This document shows positions 35,653-46,800 of a stretch of DNA of 64,000 nt, one piece after another. Position 1 is the first letter of the stretch. The number at the start of each line of letters is the position of its first letter. The translations under genes were made by a program, and so were the position numbers. Under the pieces are notes generated by a model. The model saw nothing but the letters and a program-made list of their open reading frames with translations. It made no database searches and was not told the DNA's origin. This stretch comes from Methanobacteriota archaeon. GTDB taxonomy: Archaea; Thermoplasmatota; Poseidoniia; Poseidoniales; Poseidoniaceae. Location of the stretch: positions 50 to 64,049 of the forward strand of contig JABJFI010000032.1 of NCBI GenBank assembly GCA_018662825.1, read 5' to 3'.

Positions 35653-37896
35653 TCACAATGTTATTCCAAATTTGAAGATAGCAGGCCCTATCAAGAGTAA
35701 TCCGCCGATGACATAACCCAATATGGCGCCTCCATTTAGCAGAGGAAGTCCTGCTTGAGCACGCCCTCGTGCAACGTAAGTCATCAAAGCAAAGTAGCCA
35801 ATCAATCCTCCAAGCAAGGTGGTCATAGCAACGAGGAAACCATTGGGGCCATCGAGGTATTGGGCAGCAGAAAGCACTAGCATTCCAGGGAAGATGACAT
35901 CGCCAAGACCCATGAACATAGCATCTTTACTTTTCTTCTTAGGCGCAGAGGAACTGGGTTGTTGAGGTGATTCGGCATTTTTATCTTTCATCGAAACTGT
36001 TTCATCGATAAATGAATAACCCTTTTCTTGAGGGGCAACCAGAAGAATAGGGAGTCGAAGTCCAATCATTGTATCGGCCAAGTCAAGCATGTGCTTTGAG
36101 CGATACACAGCCCATGCGTCATAGATAGCAGCAGCAACCATGAACAGGATAATCAAGGTTGGAACAAAAGTGACTCCAAGCATGACAATAACGCCAGAAC
36201 CAACCAAAACACCGACGGTGTTGACCACATACCATTCACTATGGACGTAGAGTAAGATCATCAGAATAATGGCAACCAACAATCCGAAAAGAAGTGGTCC
36301 ATCAGCGAGTTGCAAACCTTCTAACGCAATCATGTCGACAGTTATTTCACCAGAATCCATCGTCAATATACCATGTTCATAATATTTTGAACCATTGTCA
36401 TATATGGCATGGAATTGGGATGAATTCTCAGATTGGCTAAACCAAGCGGTTTCCAAACTGTCTTCAACCGGGAAAGAAATTTTATTTTTCAGTAATTGTG
36501 TATGGAGCCAATCAGCGCTTTCATCAGTAGTGATGAGTAAATCGGTAAAACCACTTTCATCAAGGTCAGTGATTCGAACAGATTGTATAGAATTTGCATA
36601 CCCCTCAAGTTTCATCTTTGTTTGAGGAACGAATGTAAGTTCAGTGGATTCCCATTCGAAACCAAGAACATCGCCGTTTTCTTCACCGAGTATCAAAAAC
36701 CCTTCATCATCTTCTGATTCATTGATTAAATTTTCAGACCAAGGAGAATGCCCATAGTCTGCACTGGTGAAATTGCTTGTAGCATTTATTTCAAACAGAA
36801 TTGACGCATTAGCATGATTATTATCTGGCGCCTCTGGGTCAAATGCTGGTGATGTTTGTTCTAATTCGACAACTACGGCCATATTTGACGTAACAATGAG
36901 AACTTTATCTTCATCGATTAATTCAGCATATTCAACGCCGTCATGAGTTTTTAGATCAACCGGTAAATTCCATCCGGCTTGATAAGCAAGTAATCCAGGC
37001 TCTTCTTCAAAGACATTGAATCGAACCAAGACATTGTTCTCATTGACGACATACATTGCATCATCTGCATAAAATGCAAGTGAGCAGGCGCCCTCTAAAG
37101 TGCTTAAGAAATCTAAATGGGAGATATTTGTTTCTACATCCTCGACATATTTATGGCAATCATAGGAGTTTTGTATTTCACCAGTTTCAGCATCGACATA
37201 CCAAATATATCCCTGATTTGTGAATGAGTAGTATTCGTCTGAAACAACAGTTCTCAATATAGCAGAATCGGCAAATGGTAGTCGTTCATGTGCCATATTC
37301 CATGCAGGGGTCCCATTTAGAATTCCTTCTCCATGATAGACACTGATAGAATCGTTCCACATTCCAGGGGCCCCAATTAGTTCATTGGTGATATGGGTGT
37401 TCATCCTATGATGAGAAAGGTAGGATTCATCCGATTCAGTATTACTTTCATATGCAAATGGTTCAACTTCTAAATCCAATACCAACATGTGGGCCAGAGG
37501 AACAGTCGTATACATCAACGCAATTGCAAGAACGCCCATAATTCCGTATTTGATAATCCATTCTTTCTTGTATTTGGCAAGTAATAAGATTCCTGCAGTG
37601 AACACAAAAATCATGAATAATTCGAGTGCAATATATCGAACTTGAGTTGCACCAGATGCGCCAAAGGCTTGCAAACCTGCAATATCATACCACGGACGAA
37701 TAAACAGAGAGATTGCGATAGTCAAGATAAACATGAACACCATGCCCATCATCGAAGGAAGTTGCTCTTTCATCATTGCGAAAATATTGTCTTCCGCCTC
37801 TAATTCAGCTTGAACCGCAGCAAATTCCTTCGAAACCTTTCTGTCCGGTGACGAGGGTTCCACTTGTTCGGTCATACCCTGTGCGAGTTCGGACAC
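35653..37896 (-). CDS. presenilin/signal-peptide-peptidase-type GxGD intramembrane aspartyl protease (PSH homologue) with a large inserted ectodomain
   Basis: AAAIYDAWAVYRSKHMLDLAD (YD motif). FMGLGDVIFPGMLV (GxGD). RAQAGLPLLNGGAILGY (PAL-region equivalent). Three TM helices lie before, and six after, a ~390-aa soluble segment (aa ~141-530). Confidence 0.85.
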   Translation of the reverse strand: MSELAQGMTEQVEPSSPDRKVSKEFAAVQAELEAEDNIFAMMKEQLPSMMGMVFMFILTIAISLFIRPWYDIAGLQAFGASGATQVRYIALELFMIFVFTAGILLLAKYKKEWIIKYGIMGVLAIALMYTTVPLAHMLVLDLEVEPFAYESNTESDESYLSHHRMNTHITNELIGAPGMWNDSISVYHGEGILNGTPAWNMAHERLPFADSAILRTVVSDEYYSFTNQGYIWYVDAETGEIQNSYDCHKYVEDVETNISHLDFLSTLEGACSLAFYADDAMYVVNENNVLVRFNVFEEEPGLLAYQAGWNLPVDLKTHDGVEYAELIDEDKVLIVTSNMAVVVELEQTSPAFDPEAPDNNHANASILFEINATSNFTSADYGHSPWSENLINESEDDEGFLILGEENGDVLGFEWESTELTFVPQTKMKLEGYANSIQSVRITDLDESGFTDLLITTDESADWLHTQLLKNKISFPVEDSLETAWFSQSENSSQFHAIYDNGSKYYEHGILTMDSGEITVDMIALEGLQLADGPLLFGLLVAIILMILLYVHSEWYVVNTVGVLVGSGVIVMLGVTFVPTLIILFMVAAAIYDAWAVYRSKHMLDLADTMIGLRLPILLVAPQEKGYSFIDETVSMKDKNAESPQQPSSSAPKKKSKDAMFMGLGDVIFPGMLVLSAAQYLDGPNGFLVAMTTLLGGLIGYFALMTYVARGRAQAGLPLLNGGAILGYVIGGLLLIGPAIFKFGITL

Positions 37897-37919
37897 TCAT
37901 ATGAGCGTCGCGTATCTCA

Positions 37920-37936
37920 CGCCCCCTACGGGGGCG
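37920..37936. repeat. perfect GC hairpin CGCCCCC-TAC-GGGGGCG in a divergent intergenic region
   Basis: Read directly. It has the same CCCTACGGG core and TAC triloop as the hairpin at 4318..4334. Confidence 0.6.
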
Positions 37937-37999
37937 ATACATCGCCAATCAACCCTCAGTGAAGAAAAGGCCTAATTCCACCTACTTCTCCGCTAGTAT

Positions 38000-39292
38000 G
38001 TGGATGGAGCACGCTCTTGGCTTGAGTCAACAAAAAAGCGTGGTATGGCATTAGGCCTCAAAGGTACCAAATCAGTTCTTGACCGCCTTGGCCTCACTCT
38101 CCCTCGTCACATCATTCATGTGGCTGGTAGTAACGGTAAAGGGACAGTGAGCGCCTTAATGGCCACAGCCTTAGTGTTAAATGACATCGACAATGTGCTT
38201 TTCACCTCACCTCATGTCGCTCGAATTGAAGAACGTGTTCGGAGAAATGGAACTCCACTTTCATCACAAGAATTTGATGAGGCTTTGGAACGAATATATC
38301 TTGCAACTCTTGGTGATGAACACAATCCGGTTATTGATTTGACTTTTTTTGAAGTGACATACCTTGTCTCAATTATCAGTTCGGTTGGCAGCGAGGTACT
38401 GATTCTTGAAACAGGTTTGGGTGGACGCCTTGATGCAACCAGAAGTGGACCTGCGACCGCCTCATTAGTAACAGCAGTTAGTCGAGAACATGTGGATGTT
38501 TTAGGTTCAGAACTATCATCGATTGCCCGAGAAAAAGCAGCGATATCTCGCCCTAATTGCCCTCTAATAATCCGTGACCCAGAAGATGAAGAGGTTCGCC
38601 AAGCAATGCTTTTAGAAGCATTGAATGCTGGAAATAAAATGCTGGGTGAAATTTCCGCACCTGCCCAAGTAACCTTTGTTTCGATACCCAAAGATGCCAG
38701 TGTTCAACAAGAGGCTGTACTATTAGCGCAGGCAATGTTCGAAAAAATTGGATTTTCAACAGAATATCTTGAACAGGCAAGAAAAATTCTACGATGGCCA
38801 GCTCGGATGCATTTACTGAGCAATAATGAAACATCTACTCATCCATTTCTACTCGATGCTGCGCATAACCCATCGGGATTACGGCGTATTATTCCTGAAC
38901 TGGAACGGTTCATCTCCTTGCATGCTCCGAAAACTGATAATGGCCCACTTTGGACTCTATTATTCGGTACATCACCCCAACAAAGCCTTGCAGAGTTTCT
39001 CTCGCCATTGCATGAATTATGCCGTCGTATGCCGCCAAAGCAGATTCTGTTAACCCAACCGCAAGGCGGGCGGTATCCCGGTGTTGGAGTTGAAATTTTA
39101 GCAGAACAACAGTGGTCAATTCCACCATTGAAGTTTGCTTCCGCTTCTCAAGTAGTGGAAACCTTGCGGACTCACTCCGAAGCAGAGATAGGACTTGTAG
39201 TAAGTCTCGGTTCGCTGTATTTGCAAGGAAATCTTCTCAATATTTTTGATTGGACCAGCGATGAAAACCTTTCGTTGTTTGCGAAGCACTGA
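38000..39292 (+). CDS. folC: folylpolyglutamate synthase / dihydrofolate synthase (Mur-ligase family)
   Basis: HVAGSNGKGTVSALMA (P-loop). LETGLGGRLDATR. LLDAAHNPSG. GTG start. Confidence 0.85.
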   Translation: MDGARSWLESTKKRGMALGLKGTKSVLDRLGLTLPRHIIHVAGSNGKGTVSALMATALVLNDIDNVLFTSPHVARIEERVRRNGTPLSSQEFDEALERIYLATLGDEHNPVIDLTFFEVTYLVSIISSVGSEVLILETGLGGRLDATRSGPATASLVTAVSREHVDVLGSELSSIAREKAAISRPNCPLIIRDPEDEEVRQAMLLEALNAGNKMLGEISAPAQVTFVSIPKDASVQQEAVLLAQAMFEKIGFSTEYLEQARKILRWPARMHLLSNNETSTHPFLLDAAHNPSGLRRIIPELERFISLHAPKTDNGPLWTLLFGTSPQQSLAEFLSPLHELCRRMPPKQILLTQPQGGRYPGVGVEILAEQQWSIPPLKFASASQVVETLRTHSEAEIGLVVSLGSLYLQGNLLNIFDWTSDENLSLFAKH

Positions 39293-39327
39293 TAGAGAGT
39301 TGGTATGTGAGAGGTTTGTTGAGGGCT

Positions 39328-39765
39328 ATGGCAGATAAATGGGACATTCGATTTTTGGAATTGGCAAAGCACATTTCTGGTTGGAGTAAAGACCCTTCAA
39401 CCAAAGTAGGTTGCGTAGTCGTCGGTGAAGACCGTGAGATTCGTTCTACAGGATTCAATGGCTTTCCACGTGGAATCAGTGATGATAGCGAACGTCTCAC
39501 GGACCGTTCTAAGAAATATCCCCTGATATGCCACGCAGAAGAAAATGCAATCATGCATGCTGCACGAATCGGGATCTCATTGAAAGGAAGCACTGCATTT
39601 GTAACATGGCCTCCTTGTTCTCGATGTGCCCGTTCGTTAATCCAAGCAGGTGTTCAAGAAATTGTTTATCCGGAAACAGATGGTATCCCCGAACGTTGGT
39701 TAGAAGATTTCAACATTTCAAATGGAATGCTTCTCGAAGCAGGTGTCTTGGTTCGACAGATCTAA
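39328..39765 (+). CDS. dCMP (deoxycytidylate) deaminase
   Basis: Zn-binding CHAEENAI and PCSRCARSLIQAGV (HAE...PCxxC). N-terminus WDIRFLELAKHISGWSKDPSTKVGCVVV. The ORF track starts at 39307. Confidence 0.88.
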   Translation: MADKWDIRFLELAKHISGWSKDPSTKVGCVVVGEDREIRSTGFNGFPRGISDDSERLTDRSKKYPLICHAEENAIMHAARIGISLKGSTAFVTWPPCSRCARSLIQAGVQEIVYPETDGIPERWLEDFNISNGMLLEAGVLVRQI

Positions 39766-39813
39766 TTTTGAATTTACCGACGCCTTCATGCTCTCCGGTC
39801 TCTTGGCAAATCT

Positions 39814-40767
39814 ATGCGAGGAGGTCAAGCAGCAGTTGTTTTGACCATTATTTTGATATGTTCTGGATGCGTTACTCCAACTGTTGACACACTTTCTATG
39901 ACTCAATCACAAGAGCCCGAACCTCCAACTGAGCCTTGCAATGGTTTGTTGATACTTTGTTTGCGCACCTATGACAATGTGACATTCCCAGAAACACATA
40001 ATGCCTTTTCCACTCATGAAGATGGAATATATTATCCTGCAAGTAATCACCAAACAGGTCTTGATGCACAATGGAATGCTGGAATGCGTGCTTTCATGAT
40101 AGATACACATTACGAAACACTTGGTGATGAACGAGTCGAAACAGTTAGATTATGCCATGGAGATGATGATCGCGGTTTCAGTCCTTGCACATACGGTAAT
40201 GTGAATTCAGTTCAATGGTTGTCTAACCTTCGTGATAAAATGGAACAAAATCCACGAGATGTCGTCACGCTATTGGTTGAAAATTATGTACAACCCGACC
40301 ACCTTAAGTCCGTGTTTGAACAATCTGGCTTGTACGAAAAAGTCTTCATACACCAATTGAATACTCCTTGGCCGATATTACAGGAATTGATTGCCCAAAA
40401 CTCGACTTTGGTTGTATTTTGGGAACAAGGAGAGGATACTTCTCACCCCTGGATTCATGATTTCCTCGCTCATAGCTGGACTACGAATTATGCTGAAGAA
40501 AACACAGAGGACATGAATTGCGATTTGTTGCGCGGCGATATCGAACAGGAAGTTTACCACATGAACAACTGGTTAAGAGGCCCTGCAGGTTTGTCAGACC
40601 CTTCTCGAGGAGATGAAGCAAACGATGTCGATTTCTTAATCCAACGTGCCAAAGAGTGTTGGCAACAGCATGGAAAACGCCCGACATTTATTGCCGTTGA
40701 TTGGTGGGAGGACGGCGATGTCGTTTCTGCAGCCAATGCCATCAATGAACTTGAAAATTGGGAATAA
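39814..40767 (+). CDS. secreted lipobox protein, PLC-like phosphodiesterase (PI-PLC X-domain-like)
   Basis: Signal peptide with ILICSGC. TYDNVTFPETHNAFST...NHQTGLDAQWNAGMRAFMIDTHY resembles the HN(S/A)(Y/F) catalytic region of PI-PLC-X-like TIM barrels. The product call is tentative. Confidence 0.45.
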   Translation: MRGGQAAVVLTIILICSGCVTPTVDTLSMTQSQEPEPPTEPCNGLLILCLRTYDNVTFPETHNAFSTHEDGIYYPASNHQTGLDAQWNAGMRAFMIDTHYETLGDERVETVRLCHGDDDRGFSPCTYGNVNSVQWLSNLRDKMEQNPRDVVTLLVENYVQPDHLKSVFEQSGLYEKVFIHQLNTPWPILQELIAQNSTLVVFWEQGEDTSHPWIHDFLAHSWTTNYAEENTEDMNCDLLRGDIEQEVYHMNNWLRGPAGLSDPSRGDEANDVDFLIQRAKECWQQHGKRPTFIAVDWWEDGDVVSAANAINELENWE

Positions 40768-43700
40768 TCAATTCCAGAAGCGTCTAGTTCGGGCGTATTC
40801 GATTTCAGCATTGTGAATTGTTTCAAGCAACCCCTCGATATTATTGCGCTGAACTTTTCGTAATACTCGTTGAGCAGTCGCCTCTCCAATCCCTCGTCCC
40901 ATCAAACAAAGAATTGCTTCATAGCCACGGGATTGTACAACTGATGCATTTTTCATCATTCTTGCTTGGTCTTTTTCATCGTCAGAATTTACCCAATCGA
41001 TTAGCATTGATTGCATTCGTTCTGGAGAACATGCAAGCATCGAGCCTTTGCATTTCAAGCAGTTTTTGATATCATTCATTTCGGGGTATCGTGCAACTCG
41101 GAATCGGCGTGTTGTTTTGCATTTCAAACAGCACAGTACGGCACGTTCATTGGTTAGGCGGCTACGAAGTTGGTTGCGAACTTGTGCATTATCCCAGTTT
41201 GGCAGGAGCATGTCTCGACTGGAATGATTCGATAATCCCATGGGGCCAGAAGCAGTAATTTTCAATTCAATATTTCCGTTTTGAATCGAACGAAGCAGGT
41301 CTCGAACCCCCAATACATCCATTCTTTCATGGAATAATTTTGAGAGAACCTCCTCCATCACAACGGTACCTCGGTATTTTCTCAACAGGGCTTGAAGATT
41401 GATTTTCCGTGGATCAACACCGTGACGCAATATCCCGAAGGTTTTCGCAACTTGAGCAAATCTCCATCGAACTTGACGTGAATTTGGTAATGTGACGCTG
41501 AGTAATCCCTCAATCGCATCCGGAGGTGTTTCCATCATCCAGCCAATCAACTCTTCAGGATTGACGGCTCCTGTTTGGAGAGCAATTCTAGTAGGTTCAA
41601 CTACCAACCGCCCCCATTTACCAGTTTTTGTCGTCGCCATTGCCATGAGAAAGTGCCCCAGCCCTTCATTGATTCTAGAACCATGGCAGGAATTGATGAC
41701 TAAAGCATCTTCACGTTGTTCAATCGTCATCAAACGGTCTGTTGGAACATGACCAGTTGCTTCGATATGTGCAGTGATAGATTCAGCCATGAGGCCAAGT
41801 GCTTCATCATCAAATGGGTGTTCAGATAATGTGGAATTTCGTTCAGCAAAGATACCCTCAGTATCGATAGCCTGGGGATGAAGAATAGCATTTGGTTCGG
41901 TTTCAAATAACTGCAGATCATCAGCAATAAGTTGACGCAATCGTCCGATATCTCGGCCAATGGCTTTGGGGACAGGGGGTAATTCGCCGACCCATCGTGG
42001 CGCTTGTGCTTTGTCAGAAACAGGAGCGACTAGAAGTTCAGATTGCTCAGGGTCAGCATCAATAATCAGCCAAGTTCTTCCTGCCATCACAAATTGACGA
42101 CGGCTTCCATCATCATCTTCACCACTGTCATTTAGTGATAATACAAAGGCTTCATCAACGCTTCCTAAACTTCGTCGGGTCACAGCATCTCGAACCCGAT
42201 ACGATTGCTTATCGGGAATCATTGAAAGGTGATTAGTGACCCATTGACGTGTTCTTCCAGCCGTTGAGAACCATCCTAATTTGAAAGGAAGTGGAACAGG
42301 TACAGTTCTGGACTTGAAATTTTCAGGAACTTCTTCATCAGGTAGAGAAAACAATGGACGTTCATCGGGTAGTGGGTCGCCTTTTTGCTTCGCTTCTTCC
42401 TGTGCCACAGTATAGACTGCTTTCGGCCATCGATACCATGGTACTTCGTCAGGATTTGGAGTGAAACGGATAATCCAACCGTCAGCTAATACGCGTAATA
42501 TCGATTCAGTATCGTTTCGTTTCCAGCCTTCAAACTGAGCAACTTTGGAAAGGATATCAGTTGCTTCATCAATAGGAACAGCGTTGAATGAATGAGCCAT
42601 TAATACCAATTGATTTGCTGCAACGGAAAGGGGACGTTGCCTCCATTCAATCGATTCAATTTGTCCAAGCATTGCCCGACGACCTACAACTGCGCTTTCT
42701 GCTATGTCATCGGTATCCCATGACAATAGATGTCCTCGCCCAACTCCACCTAATCGATGGTCTGCTCGACCAACACGTTGCAGCATTCGGTCGACAGAAC
42801 GAGGGCTTTTGACCTGAATAATTCGGCGGATTTTCCCAACGTCAATACCCAGTTCTAAACTTGATGTACAGACTAAACCAGCCAGTTCCCCAATTCGGAG
42901 ATTATCTTCCATTTCTTGACGGGTTTCTGCTGCAAGCGAACCGTGATGGACTCCTATTTTCACATCCGGTGCCATGTTTTGTAATCGATTGGCAATGGTT
43001 TCTGCATCACTTCTGCTATTGACAAACACCAAACAAGGGGGTTCGGTTCGTAGCACTTCAATCAATCTTCGGAAACTTGCATGAGCACGGGGCTGAATAC
43101 TCATATCCAATCCACCGATTTCATCTTCCGGTAGAGTTTGAGCACATTCTACTGTCAATTCCGTTGTGCGGTCACCTGTTGTGAGCAAGGCTTTGCCTTT
43201 CTTTGGAGAAAGCCATTCTGCGACTTCTTCGGGATTTCCTACGGTAGCAGAAAGCCCAATACGTTGAACCGGGTGTCCAGAAAGTGCTTCAAGGCGTTCA
43301 AGGCCAACCGATAATTGCCAACCTCGTTCACTTGCTGCCAAGTCATGAACTTCATCAATAATGACCGCTTGAACTCGTTTCAACAATTCGCGTAAATTTT
43401 TACCTGTAAACATAAGTTGAAAGGTTTCAGGGGTGGTAACTAACAAATCCGGTGGATTTCGCACTTGGCGAGTTCGTTCACTTTGTTTTGTGTCACCATG
43501 ACGCAAACCTACCTTCAGTCCTACCGCTTCAGCAATCTCGGTGAGACGACGGTCAACATCTCTGTTGAGTGCTCTAAGGGGTGTGATGTAGAGAATCGAC
43601 AGCGGTTTCCAATCTTCGATTAAACACCGATGTAGCATTGGAAGAACGGCGGATAGCGTTTTCCCAGAACCGGTTGGAGCAACGATAATTCGATCGCTGC

Positions 43701-43809
43701 CCTTGCACAATTCGGGCAAGGTTGAGATTTGAACTGGTGTCGGTTTCCAACCCTTTGAATGGAGTGCTGCGGCCAATTTTGGCTCAAGGTTGGAAAATAC
43801 ATTTGACAT
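40768..43809 (-). CDS. lhr: Lhr-type large ATP-dependent DEAD/DEAH-box helicase with a C-terminal zinc ribbon
   Basis: VAPTGSGKTLSA (motif I), IIDEVHDL (motif II), GLSATVGN, HHGSLAAETR, QVKSPRSVDRMLQRVGRADH (motif VI) and CLKCKTTRRF...CLKCKGSMLAC. GGGGAGAG precedes the ATG at 43809; the ORF track starts at 43890. Confidence 0.85.
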   Translation of the reverse strand: MSNVFSNLEPKLAAALHSKGWKPTPVQISTLPELCKGSDRIIVAPTGSGKTLSAVLPMLHRCLIEDWKPLSILYITPLRALNRDVDRRLTEIAEAVGLKVGLRHGDTKQSERTRQVRNPPDLLVTTPETFQLMFTGKNLRELLKRVQAVIIDEVHDLAASERGWQLSVGLERLEALSGHPVQRIGLSATVGNPEEVAEWLSPKKGKALLTTGDRTTELTVECAQTLPEDEIGGLDMSIQPRAHASFRRLIEVLRTEPPCLVFVNSRSDAETIANRLQNMAPDVKIGVHHGSLAAETRQEMEDNLRIGELAGLVCTSSLELGIDVGKIRRIIQVKSPRSVDRMLQRVGRADHRLGGVGRGHLLSWDTDDIAESAVVGRRAMLGQIESIEWRQRPLSVAANQLVLMAHSFNAVPIDEATDILSKVAQFEGWKRNDTESILRVLADGWIIRFTPNPDEVPWYRWPKAVYTVAQEEAKQKGDPLPDERPLFSLPDEEVPENFKSRTVPVPLPFKLGWFSTAGRTRQWVTNHLSMIPDKQSYRVRDAVTRRSLGSVDEAFVLSLNDSGEDDDGSRRQFVMAGRTWLIIDADPEQSELLVAPVSDKAQAPRWVGELPPVPKAIGRDIGRLRQLIADDLQLFETEPNAILHPQAIDTEGIFAERNSTLSEHPFDDEALGLMAESITAHIEATGHVPTDRLMTIEQREDALVINSCHGSRINEGLGHFLMAMATTKTGKWGRLVVEPTRIALQTGAVNPEELIGWMMETPPDAIEGLLSVTLPNSRQVRWRFAQVAKTFGILRHGVDPRKINLQALLRKYRGTVVMEEVLSKLFHERMDVLGVRDLLRSIQNGNIELKITASGPMGLSNHSSRDMLLPNWDNAQVRNQLRSRLTNERAVLCCLKCKTTRRFRVARYPEMNDIKNCLKCKGSMLACSPERMQSMLIDWVNSDDEKDQARMMKNASVVQSRGYEAILCLMGRGIGEATAQRVLRKVQRNNIEGLLETIHNAEIEYARTRRFWN

Positions 43810-43895
43810 ACTCTCCCCACCCCTATGGAGAGGGGGTCTAGTCGACCTCTTTTGAGTATTTGCAGAGTAGAGTAGATGTAAATGAGTCACAAAAC

Positions 43896-46800
43896 TCAGT
43901 CATCATCTTCGTATTCTTCATCATCTTCGTATTCTTCATCATCTTCGTATTCTTCATCATCCCAGTCTTCTTCATCTGAAAAGGCACCTTCGCCATGGTC
44001 GATGGTTGTGCGTGCAGCAATGGATGCAACACCAAAGAGAACAATAATTGAAGTGATAATAAATATCCATGCAAGAGGACTTTCACGCGGTGAATCGAAC
44101 CATCCAAAGTATTGGCTATAGGCGATATCGATGGAGTGTTCAGCACTATTATCATCATCATTAACTTCGATAATCAGGCCCTTTTCGGAAAATTCGTCGT
44201 AATCGACAACAACACGGATACGGTCGACATCTTCTACTTCCCATGTAGTACTGACTTTGACAACTTCATTGCCATCTATTCCAGCTACACCGACTGTATC
44301 GAATGGCTTTTCATCATCGCCTGAAAAGAAAGCGACTTTGAACGATGCAGGTGTTGAACCTCCGATGTTGATGACTTCAGCATTGATGACAATTTTTGAA
44401 CCTGGGGCGACGTGGTCATCAGAAAGCGAGATTGATTTAACTCGAAGTTCAGGGCCAACGGCACCTAATCGGATCCATTGACGCTCGAAATCAGTATCAT
44501 CTACTGCAAGTTCTGGAATTGGACTGGCTTCAGAATTTGAGACTACTGGGAATTGATTTCCTGCAGCATCATATCCAGTAACATAGAATCCTACAAAATC
44601 TCCAGCCTGTGGAACAATTCGACCATTGTCAGTCAAATCTACGGCACCGGTCCAAATCACATTTTGACCATCTTGTTGCATGCCTAGTAGAGTAGAACCA
44701 GCACCAATTGTTACAGTACGAGTTGCATCACGCATAACCCAATGTACCATTTGACTCGAACCAGTAAGGTCAGCATCTTCGGTACCATGGAATTCGACTG
44801 GGACGTAACTAAGGTCATTATTGGCCGAAATATCAATCACATTGAGAGGGGAGATTCGACGAACAACACGTGGTGCAGCATCATCGACAATCACTTGTAA
44901 TGTCGTTGAAACTAACGTTCCTGTCATGTCTTCTCCACGACCAGGAATATTCGTAATAGAAATCAAACATGTTCGGGTTGGAGATGATTGAAGGGTTGAA
45001 GCAGAAGACAATGGAACTTCAACAGAAAATTCTCCTAATGAACTGATTGAACCATCACTCCACATCTTTTCACCATCGAAGACTTCGATGAGAATTCCTA
45101 CGTCTCGTGGTGCTGCAACAGTGCTACCTTCGTAGACAACACGTCCAGTGAATGCTAAGCGGTCATCCTTACGCACTCGACTTCCATCAGCAACAATTCC
45201 AGTTCTTGGTTCAGAAATATCTTCAACTAAATATTCTGTTGGCGAGAGCATCAAATCATTTTCGACTCTGAAAGTATGCTCAAGTAGCAATATCTGAGCA
45301 TCTTCATCAGAGCCGCGTTCTTTGAATACCAAGGCGACATCACCCATTTCTTCATCTGGCCAATCCCAGCCAATGACAAATTCAAAGGTTACAATAATCC
45401 ATGGAAGGCCTGATTCATTAGTCGTTTCATGCATAGCACTGGTAGTCATCAAAGTGATGAAATTACTTTCAGACCAGAAGGTATTATTGATTCCAGAATA
45501 GGAAATACGTTGTGCATCCCTAATTGGATTTGGTCCTTCGAAATCAAACACTAACGAAATGTGTTCAAAGTCAATTACCGTATTGGCATCAATGAAGCCA
45601 AGGGTAATTGTTTGTTTCATTCCAGCAAAGACCGGAGCATTATCAGCATGACCAACCCAATCCAAACCTGTGAATATAGCGGTTGAATCTTTACGGGTAC
45701 GGAATGTTGCATCATCGTAAATGAAGCCATGTCCAGATTGGAATGCTAATATTTCATCATCATCATTAATATGTGTATAATGCAATGGGTTTCCTGCTTG
45801 GTCTCCCCCAGTCCAATAATAAGAAACTCGTCCCATATTCGGGTTACGTGAGTGGTCAATAGTTGTGATGAACCACTTGTTTTTTGCTTCTGTAGAGTTA
45901 TGAACTGTTTTACTCACATATTCCTGGGGGTCAGCCTCACCGTTGCGATTCAAGTCATGGTCTGATTCAACCCAATACATCAAATCAAGAGCCATTGGAT
46001 GGCCAACATCATCATTGACGAGTACTTTGATTTCTTGAACAGTACTTGCTGCTTCATACCCATCATCAATAGGTAGAACCGCATCACGGTGAGGTGGAGT
46101 TGCATCGACCTTGAATGTTCGTTGCCAATCGAGATTAGGTTGCATTACATGTGTTGGTTCTTTTTCATTATAGGTTTGAACTTCATAGGTTAGGCCAGAT
46201 TCAATATCGATCTCTGGGAGGTCTACAGAGATGAAGAAACTCCCGTTATTATTGGTTGTATCTCGTGCTGAACTTTCAACCCATCCATTACGAGAAACTC
46301 GTACATCAAATGCGTTATCTTTAGGTGCATCGTCGGTATTTTGGAACCACATAGCACCTTGGAAATGTAATGTTTCACCTGCTGCAACCCACGAATTATC
46401 TGGAACATCTTCCAAGATTAATGCGCCATCATTGTCACGTACTTTCATCCATCCTAGTCCAAAGGTGCGATTAACATCCAATCCAGTGAGGCTCATGAGG
46501 TCCAATGGAGCATATCCTGCTGAGCCGGTATTATCTAGACATCCAGCCCGGAATCGAACATTATCTTGGTCTGGGAATTCAGATGTTACATGGAATATCC
46601 AATGAACTTCAAGAATTCCATTATTTGATGACGACCATGAACTTGCATCCAGTTCTATGTAATCTTCAGGGTCATTCGGTTCAGGAAACACATCACCGTT
46701 TTGCCAATATAATGTCGGGTTTTTTGCGATAGAGTTGGTGACAAGGGTGAGACTTGCTTCAGTCATCGCCGTTGCGTCCTCTCCAATGATATGCCGTGTC

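Noticed and set aside
38212-38691. 159-aa ORF antisense to folC, with similar cases at 29509..29931 and 20608..21039
   Set aside because: All lie inside genes with strong family signatures (Mur-ligase, carboxyltransferase, UbiD) and show shadow-ORF composition.
43838-44161. ORFs 43838..44161 (-) and 43882..44121 (+) with KMMKNT or SSSYSS repeats
   Set aside because: These are alternative-frame or antisense readings of the 18-bp (EEYEDD) tandem repeat at the end of the giant gene, so they are artefacts of the repeat.
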